From positions 7,571 through 71,570 of the forward strand of contig CATISD010000115.1 in NCBI GenBank assembly GCA_949538625.1: a stretch of 64,000 bases of DNA. Reading direction: 5' to 3'. Shown piece by piece: positions 31,468 through 39,760 of the stretch. Source of the DNA: Acidimicrobiales bacterium AG-410-I20. GTDB lineage: Bacteria; Actinomycetota; Acidimicrobiia; Acidimicrobiales; MedAcidi-G1. Every line of letters begins with the position of its first letter. Position 1 is the first letter of the stretch. The notes beneath the pieces are model-generated. The model did not search any database. It worked only from the letters and a program-made list of their open reading frames with translations, and had not been told where the DNA came from. The translations under genes and the position numbers were made by a program.

Positions 31468-31539
31468 CGAGTGAACCTACACTGAATTTGTTCAACAAAG
31501 GTGATTGGGTGACACATATATCGGCTACTGTCATCTTCT

Positions 31540-32121
31540 ATGCCGAGTATCTTCGCTTGCTTTGATGTTGAAACGACCAGTTTGGACCCTAAGAAGGGGC
31601 ACATAATTGAAATCGCTGTTGTAAAAATTGATGCTTTGGGGGACATCCATTCTGAATGGGCATCACTAGTCAGTATTGATGCTCAAGATTTGGGGCGGCC
31701 TGATATCCATGGAATCACCCATCAGATGCTTGAAGGTGCACCAACTTTCTCTGAAATCGCAGGGGATTTAATGGAGATCTTTTCTGGCTGTATTCCAGTG
31801 GCCCATAACGCCGGATTTGATCAGCGCTTTGTGCTTAGTGAGTGGGCAAAAGCAGGGCTTGGACCTTTAGAATTTGAGGTGCTGGATACTTTGGCGCTTG
31901 CACGAAGTCTTGGATTGCCTGGAAAACTGGGCGCCTTAGCCGAAAATTTAGAAGTCCCCCTCATCGACGCTCATCAAGCTTTAGATGATACTCGTGCTTT
32001 GGCGGGCGTTCTAATGAAATTGATCGAAAAAGGCGCAGAACTTGGCGATCTATATGAATTTCAGCCGCCTCTTTTTAAACCTGACCCCTCAGGCTTATTC
32101 CAATTACGGCCAACTGTTTAG
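31540..32121 (+). CDS. DEDDh 3'-5' exonuclease (DnaQ-like)
   Basis: DVETT, AHNAGFD and HQALDD. Confidence 0.9.
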   Translation: MPSIFACFDVETTSLDPKKGHIIEIAVVKIDALGDIHSEWASLVSIDAQDLGRPDIHGITHQMLEGAPTFSEIAGDLMEIFSGCIPVAHNAGFDQRFVLSEWAKAGLGPLEFEVLDTLALARSLGLPGKLGALAENLEVPLIDAHQALDDTRALAGVLMKLIEKGAELGDLYEFQPPLFKPDPSGLFQLRPTV

Positions 32122-32126
32122 TCAGA

Positions 32127-32663
32127 TCAATTCTCAGAGAGGTCTTCCGGAGCGGTTGCCATTTGAGAAATTAAGCCTCCTTGCCTTGCTAATACTTTTT
32201 CCCAAAGATCGTCGGTGCTATCGGTGAAAATATCTGACTCGTTTGCCTCAAAGACAAACCACGAGCCGGCTTCTATCTCTGATTCAAGTTGCCCTGCTGA
32301 CCAACCGGCGTATCCAACGAAAAGTCTTACGAGCTCTACGTCGCTGCGTTCCGAAGGGGAGAAATGCAAGTCAATTACTTCAACGTTACCTACAAGCGAT
32401 TGACTGGTAGAAGAAGCGGTTTTAGCGAGGCCTATGACAGCATTCGTGGATACAGGGCCACCACTATAAATAAACCCGTCTTCTTCTACTCGTTCAGCCC
32501 AAAGATCAATTAACTGCTCTGGATGCAAAGCCAAAGGTTTGTTGAGTACAACCCCTAAGGCCCCCTGAAGGTCATGCTCAATAATAAAAAGTACGGAGCG
32601 ATGAAAATTCGGATCATTCAATGATGCGCCTGAAACAAGTAACGAGCCTTTAGTTGACTTCAT
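32127..32663 (-). CDS. YqgE/AlgH (DUF179) family protein
   Basis: DPNFHRSV, GGPV, GYAGWSAGQLESE and C-terminal SEN. Confidence 0.9.
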   Translation of the reverse strand: MKSTKGSLLVSGASLNDPNFHRSVLFIIEHDLQGALGVVLNKPLALHPEQLIDLWAERVEEDGFIYSGGPVSTNAVIGLAKTASSTSQSLVGNVEVIDLHFSPSERSDVELVRLFVGYAGWSAGQLESEIEAGSWFVFEANESDIFTDSTDDLWEKVLARQGGLISQMATAPEDLSEN

Positions 32664-33492
32664 TCTCTCGCCCCTCACGGAATTTCAAAAGTGGCAGCAG
32701 CGCTACGGAAACAGCAACTACTGAAATGATCACTATCAGCCATGCTGGAAAATTGTCATTGGTTGAACCGTTCGCTGTTTCTGGAACTTGGGAAGAGGTT
32801 TCATTTGCTTCTTCTGCCTCCCTTATCTCTTTATCTTCTTCTTGAGGCTGCATCTCTTCAACTCTTTTCTCCTCCATTAGAGATTCGGTAGTTGACGAGG
32901 GAGTTATCTCAGTGAGTGGGGGAGTTCTGTACCATCGGGATAAGGCACCGCGATCATTTCTATTATCAACATTCTCAACTGGCGTTCCAAACATTTCGAT
33001 AAAACCTATCGATACTGTAAAGCGAGATCGTGCTACACCATTAACAAGAACTTGGTACACGCCGTCTACACCAATTTCTTCATGGTCTAGAAGGCGCACA
33101 TAATTCGTACCCGAGTATGGTTCAGCGAATTTGACACGTATTTCCGGTAGAAGATCAAGCGCTGTCTTGTCTGGACGAACCAGTACTAAAGAAGGCAGAG
33201 ATTGATTTTCAATCAAATTTTCTGGCTCTAAATCAGGTATTAAGAGGGAGAGGGTAATTATCTCTCCTTCGGGGATTTCAAACTGGAAACCTCTGCTTTC
33301 TTTTTCTTGATTAAACGTCCCATACAATGCAAAAGAAATTCGGGCATCTGGAAGAAAGGGGCCCTGCTCTGCCTGGCTCTGCTCATCAGTTATAAATATC
33401 GGATCATGGGCATGAGCTACTGACGGCCAAGCAAACACAGCGGCGGCTAAGGCTAAAACGAATATTCGAACCTTAGAAACATTCAAAACCAT
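32650..33492 (-). CDS. Exported hypothetical protein with C-terminal membrane anchor
   Basis: Signal peptide ending AHA, acidic/Thr-rich linker and C-terminal TM helix. Confidence 0.7.
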   Translation of the reverse strand: MVLNVSKVRIFVLALAAAVFAWPSVAHAHDPIFITDEQSQAEQGPFLPDARISFALYGTFNQEKESRGFQFEIPEGEIITLSLLIPDLEPENLIENQSLPSLVLVRPDKTALDLLPEIRVKFAEPYSGTNYVRLLDHEEIGVDGVYQVLVNGVARSRFTVSIGFIEMFGTPVENVDNRNDRGALSRWYRTPPLTEITPSSTTESLMEEKRVEEMQPQEEDKEIREAEEANETSSQVPETANGSTNDNFPAWLIVIISVVAVSVALLPLLKFREGRENEVN

Positions 33493-33499
33493 TAAATAC

Positions 33500-34513
33500 C
33501 TATCCCGTCACTTCTCTTAATGTTTCGCTAATTAGCCTGTTAGCCTCAGAGGCTCGAACAGCATCAATTAAACCACGAGCGGCAACTTCGGTATAAATAC
33601 CTGTTGTATTAATGCTCGCGTGACCTAGCAAACTTTGAATTTCGTTCATTGGTACTCCATTTGCTGCCCACTGCACCCCAGCAGTGTGCCTTAAGGAGTG
33701 GAGAGATCGGTCACGTAAACCTGCTGCACGATTTAAGGCAAGTAACCAGTATCTAAGCCTTCGGTAGTTGAACCTTTCACCGTCTTTAGTCACAAACAAG
33801 GGATCATCCGCTAGCGGAGAGCCAAATCTTTCTGCCCGCACTATTTGCCAACGATCCAAAACTTCTAATAATTCAACAGACAAGGGGAGTCGACGTACTT
33901 TTGATCCTTTGCCTAACACACGAAGAACCTTATGACTGCTATCAGAAACTAAATCTTGAGTTATCCAATCGATGTCAATAGCACACAGTTCGGCTGCGCG
34001 CAGCCCTAAAGCAGCGAGCACAGTCACCATTGCAAAGTCTCGCTCAGCCCAACGGACTCGTCCACCTATGTCATCTTCTCTAATCGGAGTAGCAGCTACA
34101 CGATAAAGGTCACGGACTTCAGATCCCGAATAATAAGTTGGTTCACTTTGTTCAACAGCCAACTGTGAGACTTTACGTATTCTTCCGATATCGGGAACCG
34201 TTCCAACACCGAGGTCAGCTACGCAGTAATCAAAAAATGATTTCGCGGCAGCAAGCGTCTGATTCAGCGTTGCTCTAGAAACCTCCCCAGAGCTTCTCAT
34301 GGTTCTAACAGCATCAGTTATTTCAGCCTGCCCAAAAGAGTCTGGGCGAAAGTCTTTTGGTGATACTTCTGCAAAGGAAACCAACCGTCGAAGACCTTGG
34401 CTATAAGCTCGCACCGTTGTTGGTGGTTTATCCTCCTGTAGTGGCAGCCAGCGCAGCCATTCATGAAATGCTGCTGGCATAGATTCCTCTAACGGTAGTT
34501 CTCTATATCCCAT
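33500..34513 (-). CDS. Xer-like tyrosine recombinase
   Basis: Full catalytic set R (LGLRAAEL), K (GKGSK), HxxR (HSLRH), H (LGHAS) and Y (TTGIY). N-terminal SAM-like domain (TVRAY, TLNQTLAAAKSFF). Confidence 0.93.
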   Translation of the reverse strand: MGYRELPLEESMPAAFHEWLRWLPLQEDKPPTTVRAYSQGLRRLVSFAEVSPKDFRPDSFGQAEITDAVRTMRSSGEVSRATLNQTLAAAKSFFDYCVADLGVGTVPDIGRIRKVSQLAVEQSEPTYYSGSEVRDLYRVAATPIREDDIGGRVRWAERDFAMVTVLAALGLRAAELCAIDIDWITQDLVSDSSHKVLRVLGKGSKVRRLPLSVELLEVLDRWQIVRAERFGSPLADDPLFVTKDGERFNYRRLRYWLLALNRAAGLRDRSLHSLRHTAGVQWAANGVPMNEIQSLLGHASINTTGIYTEVAARGLIDAVRASEANRLISETLREVTG

Positions 34514-34543
34514 ACTTGATTTCCTATGATTAACAGTATTTAA

Positions 34544-34571
34544 ATAGATGATAACATACGTTATCTACAAT
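34544..34571. other. Candidate dif-like recombination site (11+6+11 bp)
   Basis: ATAGATGATAA-CATACG-TTATCTACAAT has the ATAA-N6-TTAT core of dif sites and lies 30 bp upstream of the recombinase start. Confidence 0.6.
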
Positions 34572-34667
34572 TCAAGTATCCTTTAATCACTAATAAAATC
34601 CATAATTTAGTACTACTACTCCAATAGTGCGTAGATAACTGAGTTAGAACGGCTAACGTTTATACCT

Positions 34668-35840
34668 ATGCCTCGCATGGAAATAGAGCTAACAAGTAAA
34701 CAATCTGACGGATCCTGGACCTGGAGAGCCGCTGGTGCAAAATTGCCAAAAGGTTCATTAGACGGAAATCTTCTGACAGAGTCTTCTTCGGTTGGCGACA
34801 TTATTCGTGTAGAAACAGAACAGTTCGTTGACGGGATTTCTGTAGTCTCCGTTCTTTCTACCAGAGAAAAGAAATCTAGTCCCGAATTACTTGAAGTCGT
34901 TGGAAGCGGAAAAGACGAGCCCTTAGTAACCACAAGTCTTAATAAGAAAAAGCAACGCCGTGGGAAGCCCCGCTCACAAAAGGGTCCCAGAAATTCAGGT
35001 GGACCTAAAAATAGAGAGCGCTCTACACAGAAAAAACCGCGTCGAAATAGAACCCCCTCCCCCATCTCTACTGGTAAGCGACTAAAGCAAAAACATGTAC
35101 ATCGCGATGCCGCAATTGCAGCTCTTCCCGAAGAAGTACACTTTCTAGCTGAGCAACTATCCCAGAAGGGCATTTCGGGCTTGCGTTCACTAATCGAAGA
35201 ACAAAATAAGATAGCCGCTTCTTCAAACGAGCCACCTATACCGGCGGAACTCTTATTGAAGATAGCAGAACGAATACAACCACAACTCCGAACCGCTGAT
35301 TGGCGAGACAGGGCGGAAGCCGCCCTTAAGGGCATACAAAGTGTTGATCTGAGGGATCTTCGTTCGGTTGTTGTTGCTTCTGATGCCGCTGCTAAAGATC
35401 CCGACACTCGTGATTTGGCTGAGAAACTAAAGAAAGAGTTGACCGGCAGAATTGAAAATGAACACACTAAGTGGGTCTCAGAGATCGAGGCAGCATTAAA
35501 AGAAGACAGAGTGGTACGCGCTCTTCGCATGAGCTCTTACCCACCTAAAGCAGGAGCGCCGCTCCCAGAAGAAATTTTGCTTGCCCTTATTGAGGGAGCG
35601 AATGCCAATCTAACTGATGAAACCTACCAAGACCGTTGGATCACAGTTCTTGACGCACTCTCACTGTCCCCAGTCCGAGAAAGAGTAACCCCACAAAGCC
35701 TTCCAGAAAGTCCAGGGAAGGAACTTCTTGATGCCGTAACAGAGCTCTCAATGAAGATTCCTTCAATAGCTGCACTATTTGGCATTAAGCCAACACAACC
35801 CCCAAAGAAAAGTAGATCTAAAGAAAAAACTTCTGCTTAA
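34668..35840 (+). CDS. Hypothetical protein (beta-rich N-domain, K/R-rich linker, helical C-domain)
   Basis: 390-aa ORF filling the gap; TAACGT -10-like box upstream; no recognised motif. Confidence 0.8.
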   Translation: MPRMEIELTSKQSDGSWTWRAAGAKLPKGSLDGNLLTESSSVGDIIRVETEQFVDGISVVSVLSTREKKSSPELLEVVGSGKDEPLVTTSLNKKKQRRGKPRSQKGPRNSGGPKNRERSTQKKPRRNRTPSPISTGKRLKQKHVHRDAAIAALPEEVHFLAEQLSQKGISGLRSLIEEQNKIAASSNEPPIPAELLLKIAERIQPQLRTADWRDRAEAALKGIQSVDLRDLRSVVVASDAAAKDPDTRDLAEKLKKELTGRIENEHTKWVSEIEAALKEDRVVRALRMSSYPPKAGAPLPEEILLALIEGANANLTDETYQDRWITVLDALSLSPVRERVTPQSLPESPGKELLDAVTELSMKIPSIAALFGIKPTQPPKKSRSKEKTSA

Positions 35841-35844
35841 TTGA

Positions 35845-36324
35845 TTACTTATTTAAATCTTTCTGAACAATTATTGCGCGTGCTACCAGTCCATGAGTTT
35901 CAAAGAAATTTTTGGTTTGCCTATCTCCAGGTAGCGCCACAGAATCAACAGTTGGAATACTCCGAGATTGAGCCCATTCCAGCATTTTTTCCATGATTAT
36001 TTCACCAACTCCAACAGATCGAGCTTCTTCTTCCACATATATGGCCTCAATTGAGGCATGAGGTGTTCCGTCTTGAAGGCGACTCTCGCGGATTACTCCA
36101 TATCCAACCACAGAATCATCAATGGTCCCAATGAATACCTCCGCAAGTTCATCCATGAAAGCCTGTTCAAATAATTTTCGTAACTGCCCATAATTAGGAT
36201 TTTGAAGGCTGAGAGTTTTACCGCCACGTTTCTGCAGGACTTCCTCGTTGCTCTTAAGCGCGAGTCTCTCCAAGTTCTCTAGATCAGAAACTTCTGCAGT
36301 TCGCGCGTTTTCTACAAAAGCCAC
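35845..36324 (-). CDS. GNAT N-acetyltransferase
   Basis: IYVEEEARSVGVGE and KNFFETHG. GTG start at 36324 follows GGAGG and overlaps the upstream stop. Confidence 0.85.
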   Translation of the reverse strand: MAFVENARTAEVSDLENLERLALKSNEEVLQKRGGKTLSLQNPNYGQLRKLFEQAFMDELAEVFIGTIDDSVVGYGVIRESRLQDGTPHASIEAIYVEEEARSVGVGEIIMEKMLEWAQSRSIPTVDSVALPGDRQTKNFFETHGLVARAIIVQKDLNK

Positions 36325-36782
36325 TACGAAAGAGGTCCTCCACAATGAGGACATTCACCATTGTCTGAAACGGCAGAGGCTTCTACAAGCAGGAAGCAAT
36401 GTGGGCACGATATTTCTGTTTTCTGTCTCGTTTGTGCGTCTTCCGAAGATTTAGCTACAACTTCGACCTTTTCAGACTCTTCTTCTTCTTCATCATCATC
36501 ATCGTCATCGTCGTCTGCAGCTATTCGATCACGTAGAATTTCTTCTAAATCTGCCTCTACATCATCCGGATCTGGTTCATCTTCTTCGCCTTCTTCACTA
36601 CTATGCCGAGAGGGGCGCGGGCCGCTTTCTTCTTCTTCCTCCTCTTCCTCGTCCTCGTCCTCGTCGATGGATCCCTCAAAATCTTCTTCTAATTCGGAGT
36701 CAGAGTCTTCAAACCCTTCTCCATCACCGTCAAGATCTACCTCGACCTCTTCATCCACTTCTTCGACTTCTTCTTTGCTCAT
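36324..36782 (-). CDS. Acidic protein with C-terminal zinc ribbon (DUF4193-like)
   Basis: D/E-rich low-complexity N-terminus and CPHCFLL...CPHC. Confidence 0.75.
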   Translation of the reverse strand: MSKEEVEEVDEEVEVDLDGDGEGFEDSDSELEEDFEGSIDEDEDEEEEEEEESGPRPSRHSSEEGEEDEPDPDDVEADLEEILRDRIAADDDDDDDDEEEEESEKVEVVAKSSEDAQTRQKTEISCPHCFLLVEASAVSDNGECPHCGGPLS

Positions 36783-36899
36783 AGCTTCCTCAAATAACTA
36801 TCTTGCCGCCGGATCTTAGACCCATAAATCAAATTGGCAACGCAATTTTGATATTTTTTCACTAATTTCACCATTTATGAGTGATTTACAACACATTTA

Positions 36900-38516
36900 C
36901 TAATTGCTTGAACGTTGATTTCGTTTCTCTTCCGCCCGTCGCTCTGACTCTAAGCGTTCAAGATCACGATCTGAAGAATGGTCAACGAACTGCATCATTT
37001 CTGCTATAGCCCGATGTCCAGCCACATCCGAAATTAGATGATGCATTTGCTGACCAACTTCTCTATACGCCGGATGTCCTTGCGGGCTAGTCCGTAACTC
37101 CAATAAGTGCATAGCTTCTCGCGCATTCATATGCATCATGTACCGAACCTTGTAAGCAAGCGAAACAGCGTAAGAGGCTTGCTGTGGGAACACTTCTTCC
37201 ATAGCCAAATAGAGGGAATCTGATCGCTCCATAGCAGAATCAAATTCACTTGTGCATCCAGCGGTATCAACATCAGGAGGGCGCACAAACCCATGTGCTG
37301 TACTCAATTGTTGCCAATCTATTGTGAGCATTCGGTGCCGTTGGAGGTCGCGAAATGCCCCATAATCTGAAAGGACATCAAATCGGTAAGAAGGTCTTTC
37401 AAATGCCCGACCAGGCCTTTGTCGCCGATTACCCCTATCCCCCATCAATGCCTGAAGAACTCTCACCCGCTCTTCAACTGTCATTTGACGTACACGTTCT
37501 TCTACCGCTCGATCAGAATGCCGGGTATGTGGGTAAAGAGCTGAAGCTACTAACTTGACTTCAGCATCTGGATCGAAATCCGTTAAATCAACTAAAGGGG
37601 CGTCAGCGATACGTGCCTCGTCCGGAAAGAAGTGCTCACTTAGTTCTTCAAGTCTCTCGCGAGTATCAGCTTGGTACTTGCCGATTTCCTCTCCCCTGTC
37701 AGGAAGGTCGACTCTGGTGAGGAAAGAAGGTATCACTTTCCGCAGCTCTTTGAGTATAAGTTCCGCATAGTCACGAGCTTCAGGCAACGGATGTGAACGC
37801 ATCCTGATTAGAAGCGCCTCATAGGCTTGTCCGGTTCCGTATATGCCAACGTTCGACAGAGATGCGGCAGGGAGAACGCCCCTAACTGAATCGTACGCTT
37901 TAGCTGAAATGGCTTGTCGATATATGAAGTCAGAGTCTCCCGATCCTTGTGGGACTGTTTCACGATAAAAATCTTTCATCTTGACCACTAGATCGGAATA
38001 GATCTCAAACTGGCGGTCAAGATCTGCTATATAACGTGCCCCCAAAGGAGAAGAAAGAACTTCAGGATCCCGGTAGTACCTGAATCTACCGCCCGGGCGA
38101 TCGTCATAAGCGATATATCTTGTTGATTGCTCCAGATAGGCCATCAAGCGCCCCCATTCAAGGACTTTGGTAAGGAGGTTTGATGATTGCTCACAAGCTA
38201 AATGAACCCCGCCTAATTGAGCGACGCTGTCATCTCCGTATTCAAAGAAAACTCGGTTATACAACTCTTCGGCTCTTCGAAGACCTATTGTCGCATCAAT
38301 AGTTTCATCTCCGGAAATATCCAATTCTCCCACAAATTCATCTAAAAATAGCCTTCGAAGACTGAGAGGCGACCTTGAATAGCGAGCAAAAAGTGCTCCT
38401 TTTACCACTTCTGGCAGATTAACTAACGCAAAGACAGGTTCGTCTAAATTCGTGAAATAACGCCGAAGAATCTCTTCTTCAATTGGCGTGAATTCTTCTG
38501 CAATATATGGAGTCAC
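36900..38516 (-). CDS. thyX: Flavin-dependent thymidylate synthase, tandem-domain type
   Basis: ALFARYSRS, YGDDSVAQL, EQSTRY, FRDLQRHR and LELRT; about twice the canonical ThyX length. Confidence 0.85.
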   Translation of the reverse strand: MTPYIAEEFTPIEEEILRRYFTNLDEPVFALVNLPEVVKGALFARYSRSPLSLRRLFLDEFVGELDISGDETIDATIGLRRAEELYNRVFFEYGDDSVAQLGGVHLACEQSSNLLTKVLEWGRLMAYLEQSTRYIAYDDRPGGRFRYYRDPEVLSSPLGARYIADLDRQFEIYSDLVVKMKDFYRETVPQGSGDSDFIYRQAISAKAYDSVRGVLPAASLSNVGIYGTGQAYEALLIRMRSHPLPEARDYAELILKELRKVIPSFLTRVDLPDRGEEIGKYQADTRERLEELSEHFFPDEARIADAPLVDLTDFDPDAEVKLVASALYPHTRHSDRAVEERVRQMTVEERVRVLQALMGDRGNRRQRPGRAFERPSYRFDVLSDYGAFRDLQRHRMLTIDWQQLSTAHGFVRPPDVDTAGCTSEFDSAMERSDSLYLAMEEVFPQQASYAVSLAYKVRYMMHMNAREAMHLLELRTSPQGHPAYREVGQQMHHLISDVAGHRAIAEMMQFVDHSSDRDLERLESERRAEEKRNQRSSN

Positions 38517-38527
38517 AACCGCTGAGA

Positions 38528-39745
38528 CTAGGTGGTATTTGCCCGTCTCGCGCGGACTCCCTCTAGTTCTTCAAATTCTTCGTTTACTTCTGGCAAAATT
38601 GTTGGAGAAGTCCAACAATCAATAACTGTCATAGCCAGAGCTTTCGCTCCATCCATGACGCCTTTGTCCCCCATCGGGCCTCTTGCATACTCAGCGAAGA
38701 CGGGAGTGTGTATTGCAATTTCTTCGGGCGCTATTTTAATCATGGGATGAATAGCGGGAACTTCATAACTAACATTTCCCATATCCGTACTTCCCACTAT
38801 CGCTGTTTCCGTTTCCGGGCGAGGGTCACGTCCGATTTCTTGAGCGTTATTTATATAAGCATTCAGGAGTGCTCGATTATCAACTACATCATCATAAGGA
38901 AATTCTGAAAAACTTATTTCCATTTCACATCCAGCAGCTTGTGCTCCAGCTTCTAGACATGCGATTACCCTTGATTTCAGACTATCCAGACCTATTCGCG
39001 TCGGAGATCTTACATACCAATCTGCTCCTGCGTGTTGAGGGACTATGTTTGCTTTGACCGGTCCGTCAGTAAAGATTCCATGAATTCTTTCATCCGGTGC
39101 TATATGTTGACGAAGAGTGGCAACATTCATGTACCCAAGCACTGCTGCATCTAAAGCATTCAATCCCTTTTCTGGCGCAGCAGCAGCATGTGCGGCTTTA
39201 CCTGTATAAGAGACCTTCATTTGTTCAATAGCCAAACTTGTTATCCGCTCCACTTCTGATCCTGCTGGGTGAATCATTAGTGCGGCATCCACCCCTTCAA
39301 ATGCGCCTTTTCGAATCATCCGAACTTTACCGCCACCACCTTCCTCAGCTGGAGTGCCGATCACTCGAATCTGACCATTCAAACTTTCCGCTAGCTGACT
39401 TAAAGCAAGTCCGGCACCAAGCCCTGCAGCTGCGATCACATTATGGCCACAGGCATGACCTATCTCTGGTAAAGCGTCATACTCACACAAAACAGCGATA
39501 GTCGGTCCGTTACTTCCGGCTTTTGCCTCAAAGGCTGTTTCTATCCCATAAGCAGATTTTTCTGTCTCCAAACCATGGTTGATTAAAGAGCTAGTTAATA
39601 TTTCATGAGCTTGAAACTCTTCGTAACCTAACTCGGGATTCTCATGTATCGAATGTGACACTTCCAGAAGCTCATCTTCAAGATCATCAATTAATTCACA
39701 GATGATCTTCTTGGCTTCTCCGGGGTCTTTTATTTCAGATTCCAT
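38528..39745 (-). CDS. M20 family amidohydrolase (ACY1L2/AbgB-like)
   Basis: HENPELG, EYDALP, HACGHN, GTPAEE and GSTDMGNVS. Confidence 0.92.
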   Translation of the reverse strand: MESEIKDPGEAKKIICELIDDLEDELLEVSHSIHENPELGYEEFQAHEILTSSLINHGLETEKSAYGIETAFEAKAGSNGPTIAVLCEYDALPEIGHACGHNVIAAAGLGAGLALSQLAESLNGQIRVIGTPAEEGGGGKVRMIRKGAFEGVDAALMIHPAGSEVERITSLAIEQMKVSYTGKAAHAAAAPEKGLNALDAAVLGYMNVATLRQHIAPDERIHGIFTDGPVKANIVPQHAGADWYVRSPTRIGLDSLKSRVIACLEAGAQAAGCEMEISFSEFPYDDVVDNRALLNAYINNAQEIGRDPRPETETAIVGSTDMGNVSYEVPAIHPMIKIAPEEIAIHTPVFAEYARGPMGDKGVMDGAKALAMTVIDCWTSPTILPEVNEEFEELEGVRARRANTT

Positions 39746-39760
39746 CTTTAGACCTTACCT

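Noticed and set aside
31510-31531. PafBC (RecA-NDp) promoter TGACAC-N10-TACTGT before the exonuclease
   Set aside because: The spacing fits, but the hexamer matches TGTCGG at only 3 of 6 positions, which is too weak without other examples.
33500-34667. Integron (intI plus attI) or prophage/island integrase
   Set aside because: No IntI-specific insertion before the HxxR box, no clean GTTRRRY site or attC array, no tRNA or direct-repeat boundaries, and no phage or cargo genes.
34616-35530. 304-aa antisense ORF
   Set aside because: Shadow of the 390-aa plus-strand gene, with Ser/Phe/Cys-rich non-protein-like composition.
36361-36819. Poly-Ser ORF / trinucleotide repeat
   Set aside because: Antisense reading of GAA/GAT/GAG/GAC codons of the acidic protein; not an independent gene or repeat array.
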